From NCBI GenBank assembly GCA_050950285.1, contig JBMNHG010000008.1, forward strand, positions 186,001 through 250,000: a stretch of DNA of 64,000 nt. Reading direction: 5' to 3'. Below the pieces are notes generated by a model. The model saw only the letters and a program-made list of their open reading frames with translations, made no database searches and was not told where the DNA came from. Positions 1-8,408 of the stretch are shown here, one piece after another (the stretch's first letter is position 1; the number at the start of each line of letters is the position of its first letter). Origin of the DNA: Kiritimatiellia bacterium (GTDB lineage Bacteria > Verrucomicrobiota > Kiritimatiellia > RFP12 > JBMNHG01). Made by a program: the position numbers and the translations under genes.

Positions 1-1
1 C

Positions 2-2545
2 ATGAAGGGCACGCCCTTCTATACGGGGGAGTATGCCGCCCGCAAGGGACCGGCCGAGAACCGCGTCAACCTCTGGCCGCTGGCCTACTACCGCGATCCG
101 GCGCTCTCCATCCTCTGGCCTCTCGGCGAGTACACCGGCGACCGCTTTGCCATCCGCCCCATCTTCTCGATCGAGGACCTCGATACGGAACACCCGGTCT
201 ACAACGTGCTCTGGCCGCTGGGGCGCTTCGATGCGCGTCGTGGCGACAACCGCCTCTTCCCCTTCTTCTGGGGCCGCGACTACCGCGTGGCCTTCCCGCT
301 CTACTGGCACGACGGCCAGCCGCTGGGCCGGAAGCAAGGCTCGGACTCGCTCTTCCCGCTCTGGCTCTACTTCCGCGACCACGAGCAGTACAGCCTGCAC
401 CTGCTCTGGCCCCTCTTCAACGTCAAGTCCTACGACGACCATGAGGGCTGGCGGGTCTGGCCGCTGGCCGGACACTACGAGCGCCCCAGGCAGCGCCGGG
501 GATACGCCTATGCGCTCTGGCCGCTGGGCTGGCACGAGTGGTCGGATGACGACAACGAGGAATCGTGGACCCTCCTGCCGATCTTCCAGGCCTCGCACAC
601 CCCGCGCGAGAAGAGCGTCCAGACGCTGCTGGGGGGCTGGCGTCGCGATGCGGCGGGCACGGCGACGGATTGGTGGGCGCTGCCGATCCTGGGCGGCGGC
701 CACCACTCGCCGACGGAATCGCGCGCCCATGCGCTGCTGGGACTCTACGGCCACCACCGCGACGAGGCGTCGCACGGCAGCCGCCTGCTGCCGCTCTACT
801 ACCACAAGGCCACGGCCGACGACAGCCTCTTCCTCTCGCCGCTCTACCTTTCGCGCACGACGGCGGACGCGGGCGGCTGGACCCTGGTGCCGCCCCTCGC
901 CCTCCACCGTCACTCCGCAAACGCCTCCGCCTTCTACAGCCTGCTCTATTCGCAGGGCTCCGACCGCAAGAAGGAGCGCAACTGGTCGTGCCTGCTGCCG
1001 CTCTACTATGCCGGCCGCGACCCTCAGGGCTCTTCCTTCGTCACCGCGCTGGGTGGCTGGTGGAGGGGCGACGCGGGCCGCACCTGGATCGTCTATCCGC
1101 TCCTGTCGGGCGGGCGCCGCCGCGCCGACGGCGGCGAGCTGTGGGTGGGCGGCCCGATCTTCCACGCTTCCTGGGATGCGAAGGGGCGTTCCCATTGGCT
1201 CCTGCCGCTCTATGCCTACGACCACACCGACAACTCCTTCTTCTCGCTGCCCTACAGTTCATGGACCGCGGAAGGCGACCGCACGGTGCGCCTCTCCCCC
1301 CTCCTGCTCTCTGCCCACACCGGCGACGCGGCGCGCTGGGATTTTTGGACATTGGGCGGGCTGGGGCACTTCAGCGGTGGTGCGCAGGGCGGCTCAAGCC
1401 ATCTCTTTCCACTCTACTATGGCAACCGCCGCACCGGCACGTGGGTGAGCCCGCTCTACGCTTCATGGAAAGAGGGGCGTGGACGCGAACACCTCGTTCC
1501 GCCGTTGCTCACCGGCTGGCGTGTCCATGACGACCATCATACCGAACACTTCGTGAGTCCGCTCTATGCCTTCCGGGAAGAGGGGCACGGGCGCACGTAC
1601 GGCATCCCGCTGCTCTTCTCCTCCTATTCCCGCAGCAGCGAAGAGCGCGACCTGGTTGGCCTGCTGGGGCTCTTCCATGCCCGCTGGGATTGCCATCCCA
1701 GCCGTCGCGCCGGCCACCTGCTGCCGCTCTACTGCTACGACGACGGGATGTTCCTGACGCCGCTGGCCGGTTCCCTGGAGCGCGACGGCACCACCAGCAG
1801 CTACTGGCTGACCCCGCTCTTCGGCACGCGCACGGGCAGCACGCGCGGCAGTTGGCTCTTCCCGCTCTACAGCCACGGCAGCAAGCCGGATCTCGATACG
1901 AGCGAGGGCTCGTTCCTGCTTCTGGGCAAGTACCGTCGCTCGCCGCAGGAGGATGAGACAGGCTTCCCGCTGCTCTTCAAGCACGAGCGCTGGCGCAGCT
2001 CCGCCGCGCCCGCCGTCAAGAGGCCGCGCGGCAGTGAGGGGTGGCGCTTCAATGCGCTCCTGCTGGCACACGGCGAAAGCGTGGACTACATGCAGACGCG
2101 CCGGGTGTCGATCAAGGCTAAAGACGGCGAGGCCGGCCGTGTGGAGGTCGGCGAGCCCATGCACCGTGGCGGGTCGGGGCTCTTCCCGCTCTGGCACTAC
2201 CAATGCGAGCGCAGCGCCACGGGCACCTGGGAGCGGGTCCGTGGAAACCTGTTGCTCGCCCTCTTCGACTACAAGCGCGAGCGGGGGCACACGCTCGCCG
2301 ATCCGCAGTCCCACGACTATGCGCGCTGGCGCGTGCTCTACCGCCTCTACCACCACGAGCGCCTCAACGGCGCGAGCAGCATCGATATCTTCCCGGCGAT
2401 CACGATCGACCGCGATCCGGCCGCCGGCAAGCGCAAGGTCTCGTTCCTGTGGCGCCTCTTCCGCTACGAGCGCACGCCTGAGGGCTGCGACGTGGACCTG
2501 CTGTTTTTGCCGATCTGGCGCGGGGGTGGCGGTACGGGCGGCTAG
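2..2545 (+). CDS. Hypothetical aromatic-rich repeat protein (dozens of L(W/F)P(L/F)(Y/F) units), probably membrane/outer-membrane associated; the true start may lie upstream of the window
   Basis: 847-aa ORF with strong GC3 codon bias; recurring LWPL/LFPL/LLPLY/VSPLY motifs every ~15-20 aa; ORF begins at the window edge with no signal peptide visible. Confidence 0.8.
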   Translation: MKGTPFYTGEYAARKGPAENRVNLWPLAYYRDPALSILWPLGEYTGDRFAIRPIFSIEDLDTEHPVYNVLWPLGRFDARRGDNRLFPFFWGRDYRVAFPLYWHDGQPLGRKQGSDSLFPLWLYFRDHEQYSLHLLWPLFNVKSYDDHEGWRVWPLAGHYERPRQRRGYAYALWPLGWHEWSDDDNEESWTLLPIFQASHTPREKSVQTLLGGWRRDAAGTATDWWALPILGGGHHSPTESRAHALLGLYGHHRDEASHGSRLLPLYYHKATADDSLFLSPLYLSRTTADAGGWTLVPPLALHRHSANASAFYSLLYSQGSDRKKERNWSCLLPLYYAGRDPQGSSFVTALGGWWRGDAGRTWIVYPLLSGGRRRADGGELWVGGPIFHASWDAKGRSHWLLPLYAYDHTDNSFFSLPYSSWTAEGDRTVRLSPLLLSAHTGDAARWDFWTLGGLGHFSGGAQGGSSHLFPLYYGNRRTGTWVSPLYASWKEGRGREHLVPPLLTGWRVHDDHHTEHFVSPLYAFREEGHGRTYGIPLLFSSYSRSSEERDLVGLLGLFHARWDCHPSRRAGHLLPLYCYDDGMFLTPLAGSLERDGTTSSYWLTPLFGTRTGSTRGSWLFPLYSHGSKPDLDTSEGSFLLLGKYRRSPQEDETGFPLLFKHERWRSSAAPAVKRPRGSEGWRFNALLLAHGESVDYMQTRRVSIKAKDGEAGRVEVGEPMHRGGSGLFPLWHYQCERSATGTWERVRGNLLLALFDYKRERGHTLADPQSHDYARWRVLYRLYHHERLNGASSIDIFPAITIDRDPAAGKRKVSFLWRLFRYERTPEGCDVDLLFLPIWRGGGGTGG

Positions 2546-2632
2546 GGGGACGGGCGTCTGCTCGCCCGTATCATGCGGCATCGACACTGCCGGTACGCCG
2601 CGGCTATGCATCATCACGGCGGCATTATCCAC

Positions 2633-2661
2633 TTGCACGGGGGGCGGGTTTCTGCTTTACT
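2633..2661 (+). promoter_or_regulatory. Putative sigma70-type promoter of rpsB-tsf
   Basis: TTGCAC (2633-2638), 17-bp spacer ending TGc, TTTACT (2656-2661). Confidence 0.45.
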
Positions 2662-2667
2662 CCCTGT

Positions 2668-2898
2668 TTTCACGGCCCGTTGCGGTCCTTTGGGGACGGC
2701 GGCGGGCGGAAGCGAGGACCGCAGTCGCGGTTCGAGCGGATTAACCCGGAGAGGGTTCAGGCGCCTCGTTTGCGGCGGTCTTGCGAAAGGGTCAGGACGG
2801 CGGGAGGCGCAGGAGGCTGCGGTCGCCCCAAGGTGCGCCGCGGCCCGGGCATGTCGCCCACCTCGTCCGTGTTGATGTTGACACAGGAAAGAGGACTC
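2668..2898 (+). promoter_or_regulatory. Long structured 5' leader of rpsB, possible S2 autoregulatory element
   Basis: Stems TGCGGTCCT/AGGACCGCA (2681-2689/2715-2723), AACCC/GGGTT (2743-2757), GCGCCTC/GAGGCGC (2761-2767/2804-2810) and a stem overlapping the GAGGA RBS. Confidence 0.45.
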
Positions 2899-4101
2899 AT
2901 GGACACGCTGCCCACCGCCCCGCTTACAGGGGTCTCGCTCAAGGATCTGATCGACGCCGGCCTCCACTACGGCCACCAGACCCGCCGCTGGAACCCGAAG
3001 ATGAAGCGCTACATCTTCGACAAGCGCAACAACATCCACATCATCGACCTCACCCAGACCCTCATCCTCCTCGAGAAGGCCGCCGCGTTTCTGCGCGACA
3101 CCGCGCTTGCGGGCAAGCCCATCCTCTTCGTGGCCACCAAGAAGCAGGCCCAGGACGTCGTGAGGGAAGCCGCGGAGTCGTGCGGCCAGTTCCACGTGAC
3201 CGAGCGCTGGCAGGGCGGCACGCTCACCAACAACCAGACCATTCGCCGGAGCGTCCGCCGGATGACCCAGATCCAGGCCATCCGCGACCGGACCAACGGA
3301 CAGTTCTCCGTCCACAAGAAAGAGGCCGCGAGCCTTCGCCGCGAGCTTGAGAAGCTCGAAAGGAATCTTTTGGGCATCGCCGCGCTCGAGCAGCTCCCCG
3401 GTGCGCTGTTCGTCGTGGACGTCTGCCGCGAGGCCATCGCCGTGAAGGAAGCCGGCCGCCTCGGCATTCCGATCGTCGCCATCGTCGACACCAACGCCGA
3501 CCCCGACCTCGTCGACCACGTGATCCCCGGCAACGACGACGCCATCCGCTCCATCAAGCTGGTGGTGGACTCCATGGCCAAGGTGGTGAAAGACGCCGCC
3601 GAGGAATACAAGCGCATCGCCGCCGAGCAGTACCGCCAGCAGGAGGCCGCCCGCGCCGCCGCCGAAGCCGCCGCCAAGGCCGAGCGCCAGGCCCGTCGCG
3701 CCGCCGCCAAGGAGGGCGCCGACGAAGGCGCCGCCCCGCGCCGCCCCGCCCGTTCCACGCCGCGCCGCGCCCCGCGCGTCGGCGGTGCACGGGCCGCCCT
3801 CGCGGCCGCCCGCGCCGCCGTGGCTACGCCCGTCGACGTCCCCACCCCCGCCGTGACCCCCGCCGCGCCCGCTCCCGAGACCCCCGCCGCAGAAGCTGCG
3901 CCCGCCACTCCCGCACCCGTAGCTTCGCCCGCACCCGCACCCGCTGCCGAGGCTCCTGCCGTCGCACCCGCGCCCGCTGCCGAGGCCGAGGCCGCGCCTT
4001 CCGCCGCCGAGGCCCCCGCACCCGCACCCGCTGCCGAGGCTCCTGCCCCTGCCCCCGCCGCCGAGGCTGCGCCCGCGGAGGCCCCCGCACCCGAGGCGTA
4101 A
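2899..4101 (+). CDS. rpsB: 30S ribosomal protein S2 with a long Ala/Pro/Glu-rich C-terminal extension
   Basis: [48 protein letters not shown] motifs; RBS GAGGA before ATG 2899; upstream of tsf. Confidence 0.97.
   Translation: MDTLPTAPLTGVSLKDLIDAGLHYGHQTRRWNPKMKRYIFDKRNNIHIIDLTQTLILLEKAAAFLRDTALAGKPILFVATKKQAQDVVREAAESCGQFHVTERWQGGTLTNNQTIRRSVRRMTQIQAIRDRTNGQFSVHKKEAASLRRELEKLERNLLGIAALEQLPGALFVVDVCREAIAVKEAGRLGIPIVAIVDTNADPDLVDHVIPGNDDAIRSIKLVVDSMAKVVKDAAEEYKRIAAEQYRQQEAARAAAEAAAKAERQARRAAAKEGADEGAAPRRPARSTPRRAPRVGGARAALAAARAAVATPVDVPTPAVTPAAPAPETPAAEAAPATPAPVASPAPAPAAEAPAVAPAPAAEAEAAPSAAEAPAPAPAAEAPAPAPAAEAAPAEAPAPEA
3928..4047 (+). repeat. Exact 33-bp direct repeat ([11 protein letters not shown]) within the low-complexity rpsB tail
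   Basis: cccgcacccgcacccgctgccgaggctcctgcc at 3928-3960 and 4015-4047. Confidence 0.8.
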
Positions 4102-4183
4102 GGCTCCCATCCCCCCATTCCCCCAACTGGACGGGGTGGCGATTCCGCCGTCCCGTCCCCTGTTCAACAAAGGAAATTTGACC

Positions 4184-5035
4184 ATGGCTACCATTACCAC
4201 CGCGATGATCACCGATCTCCGCGCCCGCACCAACGCCGGCATGATGGACTGCAAGCGCGCCCTCGTCGAGACCGGCGGCAACATGGAGGAGGCCATCAAG
4301 GTCCTCCGCCTCAAGGGCCTCGCCATCCAGGTGAAGCGCGCCGACAAGGAGGCCAAGGAAGGCATCGTCGCCTCCGCTTCCTCCGGATGCGGCAACGTCG
4401 TCTCCCTCGTGGAGGTCAACAGCGAGACCGACTTCGTCGCCAAGACCGACAACTTCAAGAACTTCGTCGCCGCCGTGGCCGAGAAGGCCCTCGAGGGCGT
4501 CGATCCCGCCGAAGCCATGAAGGACGAGCTCGTGGCGATCGTTTCCGCCACCGGCGAGAACGTGAAGATCCGCCGCAGCGCCCTCTTCCAGAAGGAAGGC
4601 ACCGGCAAGATCGAGTCCTACATCCACATGGGCGGCAAGGTCGGCGTGCTCGTCGAAGTCGGCTGCGGCAAGGAAGAGACCGCCGCCAGCGAGGCGTTCG
4701 CCGCCCTCGTGCACGACGTGGCCCTCCAGGTGGCCGCCGCCGCCCCGCGCTGGCTCGACCGCGGGCAGGTCGATCCCGCCGTGCTGGAGTCGGAGATGAA
4801 CCTCTACCGCCAGCAGCTCGCCGGGCAGGACAAGCCCGCCGCCATCATGGACAACATCCTCAAGGGCAAGGCCAACAAGTTCTACTCCGACGTCTGCCTG
4901 GTCGACCAGCTCTTCGTGAAGAACGAGCCCGGCGAGAAGACCACTGTCGGCCAGCTCGTGAAGAAGGCCGCGAAGGATCTGGACGACACGATCGCCATCC
5001 GGCGCTTCGTCCGCTTCCAGCTCGGCGCCTCGTGA
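4184..5035 (+). CDS. tsf: Translation elongation factor Ts
   Basis: LRARTNAGMMDCKRAL, EVNSETDFVAK, SYIHMGGKVGVLVE, RFVRFQLG; follows rpsB; RBS AAGGA. Confidence 0.97.
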   Translation: MATITTAMITDLRARTNAGMMDCKRALVETGGNMEEAIKVLRLKGLAIQVKRADKEAKEGIVASASSGCGNVVSLVEVNSETDFVAKTDNFKNFVAAVAEKALEGVDPAEAMKDELVAIVSATGENVKIRRSALFQKEGTGKIESYIHMGGKVGVLVEVGCGKEETAASEAFAALVHDVALQVAAAAPRWLDRGQVDPAVLESEMNLYRQQLAGQDKPAAIMDNILKGKANKFYSDVCLVDQLFVKNEPGEKTTVGQLVKKAAKDLDDTIAIRRFVRFQLGAS

Positions 5036-5073
5036 CGTGCGCCGCTCCGCATAGGGGCCACGCGCGACATGCG

Positions 5074-5112
5074 AAACGGCGCGCCGCACGAAACGCGGCG
5101 CGCCGTTTTTTT
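5074..5112 (+). terminator. Intrinsic terminator after tsf, between convergent genes
   Basis: Stem AAACGGCGCGCCGC / GCGGCGCGCCGTTT with a 7-nt loop, followed by a T run. Confidence 0.8.
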
Positions 5113-5118
5113 CCCGGG

Positions 5119-6231
5119 TTATTCCCTGATGTGCGACGGCAGCACGCTGTCGCGCGGAGGGTTCCCGGCGGCCTGGTGGCGGATCTCCTCCATCGCGCGT
5201 TCCATCGCGGCGCGGGCGTCGAAGCCGATCCGGATGGCTGGAACCGCCTGGGGCGCGGGGTCGGGGAAGTTGCAGTGGACGGCGAGCGATACGCCATCGA
5301 GCGCATGGGCTCCGGCATCGAGGAAGCCCAGCGTGGCGGATTCGACCAGATCGTCGTGCGCCACGAAGATGCAGTCGGGGCGGTCGCCCTCCGGCAGCCG
5401 CAGCAGCAGGTGCGCGGTGTTCCGGATGCCCTTCGCGCTGGCGCAGGTGGAGAGGAGGTGCCGGTAAGGCGGCAGTTCGAGGCCGAAGCCCGCCGCGATG
5501 GAGGCAATCTGGCCATTGAGGGCGTTTTCGTGGACGTCCGTGTTGATCACCGCGAGACGCCGCCGGCCCTGCCCCGCGAACAGGGCGAAGACCTGCTCGG
5601 TCATCTGGCGGATGTCGTATTGGATTCTCGCCAGATGGGGGAAGGCCTCGTCCGGATGGATCGCGATGAAGGCCACCCGCGGCACGCGGGGCGTGGCGAG
5701 GAGCGGGGACCCCTTGAGGCTGCGCATCGTCGATGCGAAGATCAACCCCGCAAAAAGATGGTCGGCCAGGTCGGATTCCAAACCCTCGACAACGTCCGGG
5801 CGGCCGGCACGCGCGCCGTACCCGAAGCGGAGGTCGAAGCGGAAGCCGCCGGGACGACGCGCCTGGGCCGCATTGTGCTCGCGGGCGGCTTTGGCCAGCG
5901 ACGACCAGTTGCGGGAGAAGGAGGCGTCGGCCTCGAGGCGCGGGAAGAGGAGCGCCAGCGTGGAGAGATGGGGCGGGTTGTCCACCACGTGGGTTCCCTG
6001 GCGGCCGCGCGCCGTGACGAAGCCGTCCCGGGCGAGCCGGTCCAGCACGACTTGCACCGTGGCGAGGCTGGCCTGGTAGTGGCGGTGGAGTTCCAGGCGC
6101 GTGGGGAGCCGACTGCCGGGCGGGTAGACCCCCGAGACGATCTTTCGACGCAGGTCGGCGAGAATCGCACGCTGCTTCAGCGGAGGGCGCCCCACGAGAG
6201 AAGCACGGGTTTTCGGGTTCGTTTTCCCCAT
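5119..6231 (-). CDS. GntR-family transcriptional regulator with a LacI/periplasmic-binding-protein-like C-terminal domain
   Basis: LRRKIVSGVYPPGSRLPTRLEL...SLATVQVVLDRLARDGFV...GRQGTHV winged HTH; C-terminal RPDCIFVAHDD; start uncertain (6231 or 6270). Confidence 0.85.
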   Translation of the reverse strand: MGKTNPKTRASLVGRPPLKQRAILADLRRKIVSGVYPPGSRLPTRLELHRHYQASLATVQVVLDRLARDGFVTARGRQGTHVVDNPPHLSTLALLFPRLEADASFSRNWSSLAKAAREHNAAQARRPGGFRFDLRFGYGARAGRPDVVEGLESDLADHLFAGLIFASTMRSLKGSPLLATPRVPRVAFIAIHPDEAFPHLARIQYDIRQMTEQVFALFAGQGRRRLAVINTDVHENALNGQIASIAAGFGLELPPYRHLLSTCASAKGIRNTAHLLLRLPEGDRPDCIFVAHDDLVESATLGFLDAGAHALDGVSLAVHCNFPDPAPQAVPAIRIGFDARAAMERAMEEIRHQAAGNPPRDSVLPSHIRE

Positions 6232-6289
6232 AATCGGGAGAAGGACAGGACATCCGTCCTGGAAATGCAACTCGGGATTTACGAAACGA

Positions 6290-7189
6290 TTACGCTCGGG
6301 AGACGGGGACGGGGAAGAGGGAGGGGAGGTCGGTCGCGGGAAGCTGGCGCCAGCGGCAGGCCTCTTCGGGAGGCCCCTCCTCGGCCTCGAACAGGGTGTG
6401 CCACAGGCGCTGGAAGAGGAGTCCGTTCCGGATGACCGCCGCGGCGTTCTTCACCGACGGGGTGCCTTGCGTGGTGACGCTCTCCAGGTGCATCATTTCA
6501 ACGGACGGCTCGTACAACGCCTTCCAGCCATGGCTGCGGAAGCGATAGCAGAGGTCGAAGTCCTCGAACTGCACCGGATGGTAGCGCACGTCGAAGCCGC
6601 CATGGTCGCGCACGAGCCTTGCGCGAATCATCATGCAGGCGCTGATGAGGCATTGGACCTCGCGCGGCCGCGAGAATTCCGCGGAGTCCCGCGGCTCGCC
6701 GCGACCGAGGAAGCAGACGTGCCCGCGGCGCGAAATGCCCACGCCCGCGCATTGGATGGCGTGGGGCGGCGTGGGGTAGATCATCTTCGGTCCCACCATG
6801 CCCGCCGTCGGATGGGCATCGAGCACGGCTCGGAGGCGCGGGAGCCAATCCGGCGTCCCGGGCATCACGTCGTTGTCCAGAAACACGATGAACTCGCCGG
6901 AGGCCGCCGCCAAGGCCTGGTTGCGGGCGGGGGAACACCCGGCGTTCCAGGCGTTGCGGAGGAGGACAAGGCGTCCGCCCGCCGTTTCGACCAGCGGGCG
7001 CAGCACGCCGGAAAGCCAGGCGTGGGTGCCGTCCTGCGAACCGTTGTCCACCACCACGAGCTCCCAGTCGCCCCGGAGGCGGGGGGCGGATCCGGGACGG
7101 CTGGCGCCCAGGCTGCGGACCAAGGACGGGAGGCAGGTGGCGGTGACGGCGAGCTTGTCGCAACAGAGGGTGATCAGCGAGTAGGTCAT
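6290..7189 (-). CDS. Glycosyltransferase family 2
   Basis: ELVVVDNGSQDGT, NAGCSPARNQAL, FIVFLDND (DxD), EDFDLCYR, HLESVT. Confidence 0.88.
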   Translation of the reverse strand: MTYSLITLCCDKLAVTATCLPSLVRSLGASRPGSAPRLRGDWELVVVDNGSQDGTHAWLSGVLRPLVETAGGRLVLLRNAWNAGCSPARNQALAAASGEFIVFLDNDVMPGTPDWLPRLRAVLDAHPTAGMVGPKMIYPTPPHAIQCAGVGISRRGHVCFLGRGEPRDSAEFSRPREVQCLISACMMIRARLVRDHGGFDVRYHPVQFEDFDLCYRFRSHGWKALYEPSVEMMHLESVTTQGTPSVKNAAAVIRNGLLFQRLWHTLFEAEEGPPEEACRWRQLPATDLPSLFPVPVSRA

Positions 7190-7335
7190 GGATTCTCCGC
7201 AAGGCGGGCGCAGGGCGCCCCGCCCACTCACGCTCTTTTCTTTCCTCTCTCTCGATTCTATCGAGGCCGCGCGCGTGCGTAGCGCGCGCAAGGACCCCAG
7301 CAGTGACAAATACAAAACCGAGCCGGCCGTCGAGG

Positions 7336-8196
7336 CTACCCCCTCTCGAAGGTGTACGTGCGCGTCCACGATCGCACGGCGCCGGGTGCGACGTCCACGT
7401 CGAGGAAGGTTTCGCCGCTGATCACGCGGTCGGTTCCCCAGACGGTGAATTTCGACCAGTCGGCGGAATCGGTTTCGGTGACCTTCGCCCCCGTGGGGAG
7501 GTGGACGAGGCTGAACGAGCGCGCGCCGGGGGCGAGCGGCTCCATCGCCACGTACATTGCGCTCCCGCGGGGGAGGGCGCGGACCCACAGCGCGGTGTCC
7601 TTTTCGGCCACGATATGCCCGGGCCAGGTCCAGGCGGTCACGGCGAAGGGCGCGCGAAGCGCGTAGTCCTTGGCCTCGCCGTGGTCGACCATGAAGAAGT
7701 TGTGGGCGTATTCACGGGTGGCGACGGGGTTTTCGCCGACATTTTCAAGGGAATAGAAGAGGACGAGGCGGTTCTCCTCCACCGAGATGCGTTTCACGAG
7801 GCGCACGGCGTAGCCGCGGACGGGCACGGGGTCGCAGGCCACCGAAAGGGCGCCCTCGCCCTCGCGCTCCCAGCGGATGGGGGCCTTGCGGATCTCATAG
7901 GGGCGGGCGAAGGAATAGGGTTGGTCGTCCGGACGGCGGAGGGCCCCCACGCCGATCTTCGGGAACCAGTCGCCAACGGGGCAGTCGTCGAAGCCGACCG
8001 GCTCCATGATGCCGAACTCGTTGGAGAGCCCCGCGCCTCCGGTGCCGGTGCCGTCGGTGGATTCCGGGACGCAGAAGGTGGTGGCGCCGTCGAGCGTCAC
8101 CTGCGTCACGAACCCCGTCCAGTCGAAACGGGAGCGGTCGTAGAAGGAGCCGGGTTCGGCCCAGTCGACGGAAAGGCGGGAGGAGGTGAGTTTCAT
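7336..8196 (-). CDS. Hypothetical protein, galactose-mutarotase/aldose-epimerase-like beta-sandwich
   Basis: RFDWTG, KIGVG, YSLENVG...EYAHNFF, ISGETF; coding-like codon bias; family assignment by motif resemblance only. Confidence 0.7.
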   Translation of the reverse strand: MKLTSSRLSVDWAEPGSFYDRSRFDWTGFVTQVTLDGATTFCVPESTDGTGTGGAGLSNEFGIMEPVGFDDCPVGDWFPKIGVGALRRPDDQPYSFARPYEIRKAPIRWEREGEGALSVACDPVPVRGYAVRLVKRISVEENRLVLFYSLENVGENPVATREYAHNFFMVDHGEAKDYALRAPFAVTAWTWPGHIVAEKDTALWVRALPRGSAMYVAMEPLAPGARSFSLVHLPTGAKVTETDSADWSKFTVWGTDRVISGETFLDVDVAPGAVRSWTRTYTFERG

Positions 8197-8295
8197 GCCC
8201 CCATGATAGCCATGCGCGAGGGGAGGCGTCAACGCAGGACCCGCTTCCCCTTGTGTCCGGCTCCGCCAAAAATTTTCGAGGAACGAAATTTTGGG

Positions 8296-8325
8296 TTGAC
8301 GCCGTCCCGTGAAGAGGGGTACAGT
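8296..8325 (+). promoter_or_regulatory. Putative sigma70 promoter of the secreted protein at 8409
   Basis: TTGACG (8296-8301), 18-bp spacer, TACAGT (8320-8325), AT-rich upstream. Confidence 0.55.
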
Positions 8326-8408
8326 TGCACCACCCTGGGAAAGGTGTCTCGCGAGAGGCGTCCTGTCTCATGGCCTACAACCATACCCAACGAAAACAGG
8401 AGTACACA

